64,000 nt of DNA, taken from the NCBI RefSeq assembly GCF_006345805.1, contig NC_042997.1, positions 127,038,001 to 127,102,000 on the forward strand, in the 5' to 3' direction. Within the stretch, counting starts at the first letter, position 1. The number at the start of each line of letters is the position of its first letter. The position numbers were made by a program, and so were the translations under genes. Shown here piece after piece: positions 13,600-28,064 of this stretch. This DNA is from Octopus sinensis (Eukaryota). The notes beneath the pieces were generated by a model. It had not been told where the DNA came from and searched no databases. It saw only the letters and a program-made list of their open reading frames with translations.

Positions 13600-15900
13600 T
13601 ACCTTAGATATATTTGAAAACTGAGGCCAAAACTTGTGTATTACCTCAATGTTTGTATAAAACAGCACACTCAATATTCAAACTTGGAAATCCACTCAGA
13701 GACACATTAATAATACTCAGCACAGGACCTAAAGTAGTCATGGACATTTTAAAATCGAGTCTTCTTTGTCATAAATCTGGCCGGAGTGATGAAATGGTAA
13801 GGTTAATGGAAACCAGTTGCGCATAGAAATTCAAAAGACTAATTTTGGTTATGTCTCAGTGAATCAACTGGACGAGGAAATATGGCTTTACTGATGTGCA
13901 TTTTGTGAAAAACAAATTTATGAAAACTCGATTGCTTAAACACATAGATATGGGCAAACAATGTTTGAAATACTAAAATCTTACCCTAAAAATAACAATA
14001 TCTCTCTTAATGTGACGGTGTCCACAACAGAGGACAATACTACCTATGACAGATTGCCAAATTGGTTTGGTTTTATATATGAAAGTGGAAATGCCTTAAT
14101 CTATTGCTAATAGATTAATTCATTGTCAACAACTTGGCGATTATGAATTTAATGAGCAGCTGCCATTCCTTGTCTTCAAGTAAATATTGCTGAATACAAA
14201 AATCACAACTCGAGCCTTAAAAGTTATGGCACGCTGCCAGTCATGTGAGCAGAATAACGAAACTTCGGAAGGAACACTTTTCTATACTGAAGTTTGTTGG
14301 CTACTAAAACGATCTAATTTGAATAACTTCGTTTTGCTTTATGATACTGATAGTGGATTTTTACTTATAAGTTACTAGCTGACGTATCCGGTAATTCCCG
14401 GAAAAGCGGGGCTTATCCCCTGGTCCCGTTCTCATAATTGTTTCGCTAATCTAATAACAATACAAAATATGTAGCCCTTAAAACAGTTCTTGTGCATTTA
14501 CAGAGAATACCGTACTGTCTTACACAGGATCTTGTTTTTAGGAATTCCCATTAAGTTATGAATACCCAATTTGTGAAGTCAGTTATGTAATAACATGAAA
14601 TTAGCTACCCGATAGTAAGAATCCAAATAAAGGGCTTTAATGCGTTCCCAGAGTATATAGAACATAGGAGGAAATACTAATAAGGTATGTATACTAAAAT
14701 CGTGAAGCATGTTACGTAATAACTGTCTAATCAAATATGATATAATAACAATTCAAAGTAAAAAGCTCTGAAAAGGGCTTTTGTGCGTTCCCAGAGAATA
14801 TTACCCTCAAGGGCGCTAGAGTTGGTATATTTGTGAATAAGTCACTAACCGAAATAAGTGAATCTATTGCTTAGGAAAATACTATTTACTTGTTTAAGGG
14901 TTGTACTAGATAAATTGCGAAAATAAAAAATACTAAGAAATATGCATACTCCATTTCCTTTTTACCAAATAATTTAGGAAAATGAATGGGTTATTTCCCT
15001 TAGCTATATATAAGGATCCCTTCCATGGGCGAATGGGTTATTTCCTTTGGTTTAAAATAAAATATATTAGATATATATGTAGGGGCTCTATAATTGATTT
15101 TTCAACAATCTTAGTATGCCATTAGGTTTCCAAAGATGAGTTCTACTCACGTGTGAAGTCTCATCAAAATCGATAAAATAATGTAGGACGAGTTAGCTAA
15201 CAACTCCACAAACACACCCAGAGACAGAGGTTCTCACATATGTAGTAGATGATAAGCAACTTGCAAAAGACATTGACTTTCTTCGTAGAATGTGGTTTAT
15301 TTAGCTGATATTTATAAGAGGAACAATGAAGCAATTTTTATTTAATACATATACAGAATGCAGTTACCAGGATTATCAGTAGAATTAAATTGTACAAGAA
15401 AACGCATGAGAGAAGTGAGTCTCTTCTCTGAAAAGCATTTCCCAATTATTTACAGATAATAATCAGAGGTCCTACTGTGTGCATCCACTATTCGAAGATG
15501 CTTTTGAGATTGTTAAATTATGCATATCTAAAAAAAAAAACCAAGTATTTGTGCAAAAGTTAGAAGAGAAAAAATAACGTAGAAGATCAAAATGAAACCT
15601 TGGTCTCCGGCTATTTTGTAACTTCTATAATTCAAAACATTGAATTGCAGAAAGCTCACCATTGAATTAAAAAATGAAGTAAAATACGATTTTTGAAAAT
15701 TAAAACTTGTGTGAAATGTGGTTACAATGCAGAATAAAATTTTCTTTATTATGACGAAAACCAAATTATTTTTAAATGCTTTTTTTTATAATCTTATCTC
15801 GTGTGCAGTGATTTTAGAATAGCAATCTAAAATTTGATCAAGAATAGAAAACAAATGGAAGTAGTGCAACGTGGAGGGTTAGAACATTTTAAAACTCAAA
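13600..15900 (+). mobile_element. Degenerate hAT (Buster/Charlie-type) transposase remnant, interrupted by a Helitron at 14375-15249
   Basis: MTDCQIGLV (~14050), TLFYTEVCWLLK (~14280; cf. LLHTEVRWLSRG), then VYLADIY and MQLPG immediately after the Helitron. Confidence 0.65.
14375..15249 (-). mobile_element. Non-autonomous Helitron, complete (875 bp)
   Basis: On the minus strand A|TC...ccgggaattaccgg hairpin...CTAG|T: canonical 5'-TC, 3' hairpin-CTAG and AT target without TSD. Confidence 0.85.
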
Positions 15901-16553
15901 AGATGGAACTAAAGCAACAGGAATCGCATTGATAAGCAATACTTACCGTTCTATACTTTATTTAATCATATTAATAATGGTTTTAAAGTTTAGTGCAAAC
16001 CTAGCATTTTCTGAGGAGGGACTAAGATAATTAGATTGACTCCAGTGCTCAACCGGTACTTATTTTATCAATCCCGAAATGATGAAAGACAAGTTGACCT
16101 CGGCGGAACTTGAACATAGAAGGTAAAGATGAAATGCCGCTAAGCATTTTGTCCTGTGTAAGAATGGTTCTGCCAGTTTGCTGCCTTATTTAGCCATTTA
16201 ATATGGTTTAATAAACGAAATAATAGAACTGTTTACTTTAAAATTTTAGCGTATAAGAGTAAGAGAGAGAAGGGTGGTAGAAAGTTGGCAAGTCTATTTA
16301 TGAGTATCCAGTAATAAATAAATAAATAAACGAAGAAAAAAAAAGAACACTGATATGTGGTGTTCATAAATTTCTATAAAAGGGTCATATTAGAGTTATC
16401 ACCCATGCCTGTTATTTTTGTATATTAAAAATCTACAGCGATTTTTTCTATTAATTGTTTAGAAAATATTAATTGGTTGTCATTTTTCACTTCACTCATA
16501 TTTATATACGTATAAATACATACATATATACATACACACAGAGAAACACACAC

Positions 16554-16601
<48 letters not shown>

Positions 16602-16665
16602 ATATTATATATATATATATATAGAACATTATATATATATAAATACAAACATATATATATATATG

Positions 16666-16714
<49 letters not shown>

Positions 16715-16718
16715 ATAT

Positions 16719-16760
<42 letters not shown>

Positions 16761-17026
16761 CACACACACAACATATATATATATATATATATACATACAC
16801 ACATATATATATATATACATACACACACACACATATATATATTGTATACAGAGACACAGAAAGCGGAAGAGAGAGAAGGGGAAGGAAGACAAACAGAGAA
16901 AAGTGTCTGCGTTAGAAATAAAGAATGGAGATGGAATATAAAAAGTAAGAAGTGATAAAGAGAAGTGTGTGTTATAGTCAGGAAAGGAGAGAGGGAGAGA
17001 CGGAGAGAGAAAGAAAGAAAGAAAGA

Positions 17027-17066
<40 letters not shown>

Positions 17067-17184
17067 AAGAGAGAGAAATACAAAAAATGGTGCTTACGAT
17101 AAATTTTAAATGAAAGAAACAGGATATGTCTTGCAAGAGTAAATATCTTAATAAATCTGTATGCATGTGTATATCTATGTGCTT

Positions 17185-17221
<37 letters not shown>

Positions 17222-17266
17222 GATTTATACATACATACATACATAAACACAGACAGACACATACAA

Positions 17267-17463
17267 ATTCTTTTATTTCTTTCAGCCATTTGACTGCGGC
17301 CTTGCTGGAGCACCGCCTTTAGTCGAGCAAATCGACCCCAAGATTTATTCTTTGTGAGCCTAGTACTTATTCTATCGGCCTTTTTTGCCGAACCGCTAAG
17401 CCACGGGGACGCAAACATATCAACCTCGGTTGTCTGGCGATGGTGAGAGGATAAACACACAAA

Positions 17464-17480
<17 letters not shown>
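17267..17480 (-). mobile_element. SINE family A, 3' half
   Basis: Matches the tail half of family A. Confidence 0.85.
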
Positions 17481-17496
<16 letters not shown>

Positions 17497-17771
17497 ACAT
17501 CCACGGCTCTATCGAGAAGATAGAGAACTTAATACAGAGTTGAAGAGTAGATTTGTTGGCTTGTAGGGAATTTGAGAAGCAATTCTTCTCTATGATTTGA
17601 TCGGTTTCATCCCTGCTGGGGATCTTTGAAACACGCACACGCACATGTATATCTGTCCGTATGTATGTATGTGTGTTATTATTCAGTGTATTTCAAGAAA
17701 TAGAGTAAGAACCGGTTTCTAACCTAGACCCATGGTTTCTTCATTGGAATTTCAACATCAACAACAGAGTA

Positions 17772-17946
17772 TTTTTGTATGTATGTATGTATGAATGTAT
17801 GTATGTATGTATGTATGTATGTATGTATGTATGTATGTATGTATGTATGTATGTATGATGTATGCATGCATGTATGTATGCATGCATGTATGTATGTATG
17901 TATGTATGTATGTATGCATGCATATATGTATGTATGTATGCATGCA

Positions 17947-17982
<36 letters not shown>

Positions 17983-18235
17983 TGTATGTATGTATGTATG
18001 TATGAATGTATGTATGTATGTGTGTATGCATGTATGTATGTCATTATTTAGTTTATTTCAAGATTTCTTGCCAATAGAGAAAGAACCAGTTTCTAACTTA
18101 GATCCAAGGCTCCTTCATTGGAATTTCAATATCAACAACAGTGTATTTTTGTATGTATGTATGTATGTATGTATGTATGTATGTATGTTTGTATGTATGT
18201 ATGTATGCATGCATGTATGTATGTGAAGATTTGTA
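17772..18235 (+). repeat. (TATG)n tracts, each preceded by a ~95-bp repeat unit (17690-17777, 18057-18149; partial at 34362-34420)
   Basis: caagatttcttgccaatagag..ggtttctaacctagatcc..ttcattggaatttcaa..tttttgtatg recurs. Confidence 0.8.
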
Positions 18236-18349
18236 TGTTTTTATATATGTATTCTCATGCATATAGTTACATATCTAGTCATGTTCATATATATTTAAAT
18301 GATAAACTTCTGGAAAATTTTACAGATTTTTATTGTTCCAAGTGATGAA

Positions 18350-18675
18350 TTAGATCTGTTGTCTTCGAATTCACTTTCTCCTTTCTGGTTTTGAGAAGCC
18401 TAATTTCTCAAGATTGGTATTTAGGCCCCTATAATTACAGGTATAAACCTGAACTTGTAATCCGGATAGAGTAAATGAACTGCAGATTCCTCAATAGTTC
18501 AGCATAGGTATTCTATTTATCACTGATCTTCAGCTTTATGTTAACATCCGCTGGGCAGCTAATTTCCACGACTGTATACAGTTTCTGTTCTCTATCCAAA
18601 ATCACTATTTCAGGTCTGTTGTGCTTATATTTTATTAAGGCTTTCACTGGAACATACCACCAGTATTTCTTTTTA
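18350..18675 (-). mobile_element. R4/Dong-like restriction-endonuclease domain fragment
   Basis: KYKHNRPEIVILDREQKLYTVVEISCPAD resembles the PD-(D/E)xK REL motif NRPDIV..D..IE. Confidence 0.75.
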
Positions 18676-19193
18676 TTATGAGTGGCTATAGCTTCTACCA
18701 TATTGTGAGTTCTTATTTCTTATGTATGTATGTATGTATGTATGTATGTATGTATGTATGTATGTATGTATGTATGTATGTATGTATGTATGTATGTATG
18801 CATGTATGTATGTATGTATGTATGTATGTATGTATGTATGTATGTATGTATGTATGTATGTATGTATGTATGTATGTATGTATGTGTTTAAGTTTGCCCG
18901 GCTTGTTAGTGTGTGTGTGAGAGAGAGATAGAGAGAGAGAAAGCAAGAGTGATAGAAAGACCATAGACACAGTAGATAGAGAAACAGAATGTTAGTTCCT
19001 TTCTCTCTGTCACTGTCTGTCTCTCTGTCAGTTTGTCTGCCTGTCTTTATCTCTCTCAATCTCTCTCTTTCTTTCTCTCCCTTTCTCTCTCTCTCTATAT
19101 ATATGTATGTGTGTGTGTGTGGGGGAGATAGGGGTAAAAACAAGTGTGTATGTATGTATGTATGTATGTATCTATCTATCTATCTATATATAT

Positions 19194-19254
<61 letters not shown>

Positions 19255-19565
19255 GAGGAGGAAAGATAGATAGATAGATAAGGAGAGAAAGACAGAAAGA
19301 AAGACAGAGAGAGAGTTAGAGAGAGGAAGAGAGAGAGAGATAGAGAATGCTGTAGACACCGACCACGGTGAAATCGTTATTGATTTCTGTTGAATCTTGT
19401 ATTTTACTAACAGTTGATTGATTTACTTGTATGTTGCCTCAATAAATCTCAGTGACGACTGACTCCGGCATCTTCACCCCCCCCCCGCCAGCCCACAGCA
19501 ACCGCTGCAGCACAAATACTATTGTTCTGTATTGCTGAAGATATTTCCAAATTAAAATTCTTCAC

Positions 19566-19593
19566 TTGCAGCCTTAATAGCTGTAGAGAAGAA
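19566..19593 (-). CDS. Candidate 28-nt exon (SSLQLLRLQ)
   Basis: Strong acceptor atacattttgcag|, weak donor |gtgaag. Phase 2-0 fits 19926. Confidence 0.35.
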
Positions 19594-19925
19594 CTGCAAA
19601 ATGTATAAAACCTCGACGAGAGCTACTTTGACACTGTTTTCTCATATTATTTCATTACAATAAGTGTTAGTCAGTTTGGAACAATGAAACTTTCACTAAT
19701 TGAAGCTTTTTATTTCTACTGAAAGGTCAAACACCCAGTTGCTTAGGTCATTTACATTTATTTGCCAGTCGATTCCTTCATTTCAACTGGCGTCTTGCTG
19801 CTTCTATTGTGCTTAAAGAATGGATGGTAATGAACAAAACGATAGCGTTATCTCACAGTATTTGGTCATGTATACATGTAGCTGAGCATAGTTTATAAGA
19901 ATCAGTATGATTGAACGCATCTTAC

Positions 19926-19965
19926 GGAGAAGTTTTCTTCAAAATATTTAAATATTTATCCTTGT
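19926..19965 (-). CDS. Candidate 40-nt exon (DKDKYLNILKKTSP)
   Basis: acatttctgtcag|...CC|gtaaga, phase 1-2. Confidence 0.45.
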
Positions 19966-20715
19966 CTGACAGAAATGTCATAGTCAACATGTCAGATGTT
20001 TGATCTTCAAATGCATGTTTAAAGTCATTGTTTGAATGTTTGATGTTTTTAAAAAAACATGTAATGTTAGAAAATAAAGCATTTCTGTTTTTGTTTTCCA
20101 GTATGCTACGGTGAAATCTTTGTTTTTCATCCAATTTAAAGTATTCTCAATTCTTTTGAATGCAATACGTAGATGTAACGCTTTGCCCTCGAGCTGTTGT
20201 TTGTTCTTACTTTAACTTAGACATAGCGGAATCAAACTTTAAGTTTTGAAGGAAAAAATATCTGTAAATAATGCAGATTTATAACTGGAATATCAACAAA
20301 TGATAAGTATTGGGTGAAACCTTAGTGCTGTAAATTAGTGATTTGACTGATTGTTGTTATTTAATCCCAGGCTTTCTTTATCAATCAGATATTATCCACA
20401 TCATTGCAATTCTGCTTATCAGACACAGTTTAGCTATCATTACATTATTTACTGTGTCCTTCAGTTTTTAAAGACAATGGATATGTGTGTAATTTAAAGA
20501 AGATTCCACTGCTATTTCTGGTAGTTTCTATGTACCCACCAGTGATTGGTAGTGCTTGTCAACAGATTCTGCAGTTACGAAACAGCAAAATCTTCAACTA
20601 ATTGCCAAAGACACAGTCAAATCTCCAAATAATTGCTTACAGCCTTTAGAATAGGGACTAGATGTTTAAGTCCTAAATCTTAGAACACCATATTAACATT
20701 AAAAACAAGGTAAAG

Positions 20716-21248
20716 CAGCATTTCCCAACCTTTTACTATCATGACCTACTTTACAAAATCAATAATTTTCCGTGACTTTTTTCTAATCATTTAACGAAAA
20801 AATCAAATATTCAAATATTTAAAATTATTAACCAATATAAATGAGATATCGAACCTTTTAAAAATTTCAAAATGAATATACATATTGTCATGTAATTTAT
20901 TTTTCCGAAACTATGTTCTTTGAATCCATATCCAATATACAAAATACAGTACACAGTGATCTTCATAAATTTGATGAGATCATTGAGTTTATGTGCTTTC
21001 TGCAGTGTAATGCGTCCTTGTAATTGTTGCAGGAACTGTGCATCAAATATTATCTCCTGTCTTTAATTTGTTTTTAATCATAAGACCTAGGAGTGGCTGT
21101 GTGATAAGTAGCTTGCTTACGAGTCACATGGCTCCGGGTTCAGTCCCACTGCGTGGAACCTTGGGCAAGTGTCTTCTACTATAGCCTCGGCCCGTCCAAA
21201 GCCTTGTGAGTGGATTTGGTAGACGGAAACTGAAAAAAGCCTGTCGTA

Positions 21249-21298
<50 letters not shown>

Positions 21299-23150
21299 TG
21301 TGTGTGTGTGTATGTTTGTGTGTCTGTGTTTGTCCCCCAACATCGCTTGACAACAGATGCTGGTGTGTTTACGTCTCCGTAACTTAGCGGTTCGGCAAAA
21401 GGGACCGATAGAATAAGTACTAGGCTTACAAAGAATAAGTCCTGGGGTCGATTTGCTCGACTAAAGGCGGTGCTCCAGCATGGCCACAGTCACATGACTG
21501 AAACAAGTAAAAGAGTATAAGGAGCTAGGAAAAGGTAGTTTTGCTCAAGTATGTTATTGGAAACGAGGTCTAAATTCTCAAAACAAAGTCTGAGAATACA
21601 GGAAATTTCCTTTTGTGCTGTATCGAAAGACCCAGTCATTTGATATCGCTAAAATAAAACGACTCGGTTTTTACCACAAAATTGTTGATCATTTTAAAAA
21701 CTTCCACCTGAGCAACTTTGTGAACAACACATACATTGTCTGTGAAACGGTCTGTTACCAGAACATAAAATTCTCCATTGGTATCGAGAAATAGCAAAGC
21801 AACTAATCATTAGAATATCGCAAAGGGTCCGTTATTAACAAACAGAAATAATCTTCATCCGCATCATTTGCATTTTCTTCTAGAAAATTTAAAAGGGTTG
21901 GCAAAAATACAATTTTTTCTTCCCTGTTTTTGAAGCCCATAACTCCGTCTCCATTTTGATATTATTTTTTTCTCAGCGCAGTGTAAATATTTTGTATTCT
22001 CCCAATATTTACTACGTGTACTAATTTGCATAAACTCATTTTTTTCCAAATATTCCAGATTTGTTTTATTCTCTATATTTGAGAATATTTTTGTTTATTT
22101 CTTATGTTTGTAAAAAAAACAAACCAATCTAATTTTATTTTAATCCGAAGCCACATTATTTCCGTATGGAATAATAATGCATTATACATACGCAGTTTCT
22201 TAAATAATGTCGGAGTTGTGGCTATATGGTTCAGAATTTTACTCAGTATTTACGTGATTTTGAGTTCAATCTCACTACAGCAGCACCTTGATCAAGTTTA
22301 CTATACCAGACATGTGAGTGAAATCTGTCCGATGGAAACTATGTAAAAGTCGATCAGAGAATCATTCTTATTCTTGTATGATAAGCTTAATCTTACTCTG
22401 TTTAGTTACACTCTTTGGTCCTTGCGTAAATTTGAAACTCACTTCGTTGCAACATTTTGAGCCAGCTCTCCGGTCTGAAGATATGTTTTTCCCATCCATC
22501 AGTTATGGAGGCCCTGGAATATATTGTTTTTCCTTCTCGTGTAAAAAAGTATTGACGTGTAGATTGAACTGAATTTTCATAAACTTTGCAGATATATTTG
22601 CTTTATCAAGTTGCTTTATCAACTTGCTTCACCGAGTACTTCATTTATTAAAAAATATTGTATTTTACAGAGGCTTGCACGGAGAGTGCTTCTATCAGTT
22701 TTAGATATCCTCTCCAATCATAGTTTGGAACCCAGATCGACAGCTTAGCATAGCAGGAATTGCGTTTGTGCAAACTCCACAGATATTTTCCTATTTTAAT
22801 GAATGCTTTTCAAAGAATTGGTTTAAATTATTGAATACATCTGATGCGGTTGTGATATTTCTAGTCATTTGCAAAATTAATATTCTATTATCTTTTCCTT
22901 TTTAAAACACCGATTATACATAATTTATTATGCAAGATCATACCGTTCGTTTCACCGCGGTGCATATTATGTAATACAACAGTAATTTTTTTAAAGTCCT
23001 TCAATGACTTGAGACAAAATGTCGTTAGATATGTCAATATGAGTAATTCTATGCTTAACAGTGTTATTAGACATGGATAAATATTCTTCCTCCTCTTCGT
23101 CATTCCTAATATATTTCTACAATGTTCTTGGTATATAAATAAATTTCTGC
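20716..23150 (-). mobile_element. Degenerate hAT (Buster/Charlie-type) transposon, split by a SINE at 21089-21517
   Basis: MSNNTVKHRI..DISNDILSQVIE (~23000-23080), LLFHTEIMWL (~22160), FLPTLLNFLEEN (~21880); Charlie-like terminus cagcatttcccaacctttt at ~20716. Confidence 0.8.
21089..21517 (+). mobile_element. SINE family A, full length
   Basis: aggagtggctgtgtg...gactgaaacaagtaaaagag. Confidence 0.9.
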
Positions 23151-23915
23151 TTGATATGTGATGTTTTTAATGGGGGAGAGCGCATTATTTTCAATACTAC
23201 ATTATATGAAGCTTCTGTGACAGCTAAATTCTTTTTTATAATAACACCCACCACCATTAAACCGCCATTTTATTAGCCTCTCAGATTTTCATTTAAAAAC
23301 TTCACATCATGACTCTTAAACTTGCTATGATTCGTATTTAAATACCGCTGTAATTTGTTTGGTTTCAATGATAACATTGAAAAGGATTTCCATGCATATG
23401 ACGCATTATGGCCTTTCTACTCCTATAATAACTATGAATGTAAATTCAAATTTCATATAATAATCCACATATTTTCTTTCCGATGAACGAATTATTACAC
23501 AAAATAAGGTACTAGATAATAATTTAAGTTTCACTGTTACACTAATATTGAAAAATCAAGCATAAAATATAAATAGTTTTGTTACATGCAACTTGATCTT
23601 CAACTTAAAATGGCAATAAACTAATTAACTAATTTGCCATTCACCCTGCCACGGTTGTTAAAATAAGGTTGTTATGAAATATTGAGCTCGATTTTATCGG
23701 CTGATTTATCTCCTCAGTTACCTGGCCTTGTTCCAACGTAATAAACGGTTTTAGAGGGCAATGGTTTCAGAGAGAATCGTTAAACCGTCAGACAAAAATG
23801 CCTTTTCGTATTCGTTCTGACTCTTGAACTTCTGAGTTCAAATCCAACCAAGAAATTTAACTTGGTTGGTATATTAGTAGCATCATAACGTCTTATATAT
23901 AAAGAGTATACATAC

Positions 23916-23961
<46 letters not shown>

Positions 23962-23983
23962 TACTATTTTTTATTCTTTTACA

Positions 23984-24466
<483 letters not shown>

Positions 24467-24516
24467 ATGTATGTATGTGCTATTAAAAGAAAACTAAAAC
24501 AGATAGCTATTGGCAT

Positions 24517-24890
24517 TTAATCTCCTTCGAGATTGTCCTTCTCTGAAACCACACTCTTTATCCAGGGTTGTTTCCACTGATTGAAGCATTCTCGTTGTAT
24601 TCTCTTGGATTTTCTTGACATCCAGAAATCTTTTGGAGTCTTCCACTGCAAAGACTGAGACTTTGTATCGGGGTCATAACTACAAACCCACGAATCCTCA
24701 CCTGTTATGACTATTTTCAAAAACATTTCCTTTTCTTCGACACAATCAAGGAGATCCTGCACAGTAGAAACAGGGTCTTCCTTTTGATACCACCTTACGC
24801 TACACACTTTACTTCCAAGCACTGCTATTAACAATGGAAGCTAACAAAAATGTTATAAGTTAGTGTGTATGCGTGACGGAGTTCAAAATG
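24517..24890 (-). mobile_element. Mariner transposase remnant
   Basis: FLKIVITGEDSWVCSYDPDTKSQSLQWK resembles the mariner FLxRIVTGDETWVxxYDPETKxQSxQW motif. Confidence 0.8.
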
Positions 24891-24900
24891 TATATATCAG

Positions 24901-25238
24901 CATCATCATCGTCTAACGTCCGTTTTCCATGCTAGCATGGGTTGTACGGTTTGAATGAGGGCTGGCGAACTAGAAGGCTGCGCCAGGCTCCAATCTGATC
25001 TGGCAGAGTTTCTACAGCTGGATGCCCTTCCTAACGCCAATCACTCCGAGAGTGTAGCGCATGCTTTTACGTGCTAACGGCACGAGGGCCAGTCAGGCGG
25101 TACTGGTGACGGCCATGCTCAAATGGTGTTTTTTATGTCCCACCGGCACAGGAGCTAATCCAGCGGCACTGGCTACGACCTCGCTCGAATGTTGTTTTTT
25201 ACGTGCCACCGGCACAAGAGCCAGTAAGGCGACGGTGG

Positions 25239-25240
<2 letters not shown>
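24901..25240 (-). mobile_element. RTE-tail-type short retroelement
   Basis: On the minus strand it ends gcatggaaaacggacgttagac(gat)n, an RTE-like tail; internal ggatgcccttcctaacgcc motif. Confidence 0.55.
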
Positions 25241-25282
<42 letters not shown>

Positions 25283-25595
25283 TAGTCATTAAATAATAAA
25301 TCCGAAAGAGAAGGACACTCTGAGTTATCGAGCAGTAGAGTATTTAGAGAATTTTAGTTATGGCGGTTCATAGGATTGCCCAGCGTTTCGCGTGTAATGC
25401 TAAACGCTTTATGGACATGAAACGCTAGGTAACCTTATGAATCGGCCATACCTGATATTCTCACTCTCCTCTACTTTATTCCACACACATAGACATATGA
25501 TTCACAATAGAACAACAAAAACAGAATTTAAAATACATTAAAACAAAGTAATTATGCAAATTTTATACACCATTGAAATACTTCTGAATCACCCT

Positions 25596-25656
<61 letters not shown>

Positions 25657-26420
25657 TATATATGTTTATACATACATGTAAGTGTACGTGCGTGTGTATG
25701 TATATAAAGAGAATTGGAAAGTAATTACTGTTAAACGGGACTCAACGCATAGCATTTTACTCAACAATAAATAATTTTAAAAAGAAAATATTACTAATAT
25801 CTGGCGAAATTTATATTAATTTACAAATCACATGTTAATTAAATCCTAATACTGGAAAGTAATAATTAATTTTATATCAATCCGTATATATTACAATAAA
25901 CAGGACTATTTCTAGCAAAAACACGGCTGTATTTATTCAGAGCACAAATGTTTAATTTTTCGCGAAATATTCTTGTTTAATGTAATGTACACGCATTAAT
26001 ATAATGATTATTATTGTTTTACAGGAATAGAATCTTAATTATCGTGTTAATTTTTAATTAGTATAAATTTGAACAGTTATTAGTAATATTTCAAATTTTA
26101 AAATTTGAGTAAAAAGCAATGAGTCAATCGAGTCTTCTTAAACAGTATCAAGTGCAGTTTTGTTTAGCTTTCAATATACATACGTACATACATAAATACA
26201 TACATACATATACACACACATATATGGTCATGCAAACATATGCACTCACATACACACACACACGTACACACGCACGGACATGCACACACAAATACATATA
26301 CACTTACATAAACACATACATTTTAAATGACCATCGATTATATATCAGAATATATTATATAAATATTTAATTCTAGTTGAAATAGTTTAGCTGTCAAATA
26401 TCTTCTGTAAAATATTGTCT

Positions 26421-26494
<74 letters not shown>

Positions 26495-26556
26495 GTCTGT
26501 CTGTATGTCTGTCTGTCTGTCTGTCTATCTATATATATATATCTATCCATCCATCC

Positions 26557-26617
<61 letters not shown>

Positions 26618-26680
26618 CTATCTATCTATCTATCCATCTATATATATATATATATATCTATCTGTCTGTCTGACTACATG

Positions 26681-26767
<87 letters not shown>

Positions 26768-27275
26768 GCCTGTCTGACTGTCTGTCTGTCTGTCTATCTT
26801 GCTTTCGTTCTTTCTGTTTTGTCCTTTGTACCTTTTATTATTTCTATACATCTTTCTTTTAGTGTTCTCTCACAAGCTATTTCTATCATTCAGCTTTAAA
26901 AAGAAATCAATACTAGACTGCCCTTATATGGTAAACACGTTAGACATAAGGGCTTCATATTATTTCTGAAAACCATGTTTATTATTTGAATTTGTGTTTG
27001 TATTTTTATTTGTGGTTCGTATTTTTCCTAATATAATTTGTATAAGTATCGTTATATATTTCTGTAATCTCAATTTGACCTCGGAGGAAGGGTTAGGCAA
27101 CAAGAAAGATTTGATCTGGTGCAAGGTCGATATTAAAGTAATAAAAATATAATATACATTTTAAGATATATAAATTACTTTATTGAACAGTGGTGCTCTT
27201 GATCGTTCTATTAAGACCATCATACATGTGTGTGGGTGGGTGTGTCTTTATATATATATATATGTATGTATGAAT

Positions 27276-27333
<58 letters not shown>

Positions 27334-27348
27334 AATAAATATATATAT

Positions 27349-27379
<31 letters not shown>

Positions 27380-27394
27380 AATATATTCTCTCTC

Positions 27395-27990
27395 TACTTT
27401 CTCTTTTGTTTCAGTCATTTGACTGCGGTCATGCTGGAGCACCGCCTTTTAGTCGAGCAAATCGACTCCAGGACTTATTCTTTGGAAGTCTAGTACTTAT
27501 TCTATCGGACTCTTCTGCTGAGCCGCTAAGTTACAGGTACGTAAACATACCAGCATCGGTTGTCAAGCGATGTTGTGGGGGATAAACACAGACACACAAT
27601 CATTTGATGGCGGCTATGCTGGGGCGCCACTTCGCAGAATTTAATCGGACAAATCAACCCCAGTACTTATTTTTTAAGTGTAGTTCTACATCTATCGAAC
27701 TATTTTGTCGAACCGCTAATTCGCCAGGACATAAACGAACCAACATCAGGATAAGAACAAACACAGAAGCACATACACACAAATACACACACACACACAC
27801 ACAGAAAATCACACACACACTCACACACCCAGACATACATACACACACATGCACGATGGGCTTCCGCACAGTTTCTGTCTCTAAAATAAACTCACAATGC
27901 ATTGGTAAGCACGAAACCCACGGATCAGCGGAAAAGAATTGAACTGAAAACCCCGCGGTTTCCGATTCAATCCTATCATCAGATTCTTAA
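27395..27990 (-). mobile_element. Two stacked SINE family A-related copies (one younger partial, one older and diverged)
   Basis: The tail segment appears at 27395-27600 and again, diverged, from 27601. Confidence 0.7.
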
Positions 27991-28064
27991 CGACGCACCC
28001 ATGCACACAGGCATGTACCTCCCTCTCCCTCTCTCTCTATTGATGATTTCTGCTACTTATTGTA

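Noticed and set aside
15357-15414. Plus-strand exon-like segment MQLPGLSVELNCTRKRMRE|gtgagt
   Set aside because: It is the continuation of the hAT transposase remnant (YLADI..LQG motif), and the implied intron would be only 41 nt.
19768-19825. Plus-strand exon-like RFLHFNWRLAASIVLKEWM, and similar isolated plus-strand AG..GT segments (e.g. ~37984-38016)
   Set aside because: They do not form a phase-consistent chain and are expected by chance in 64 kb.
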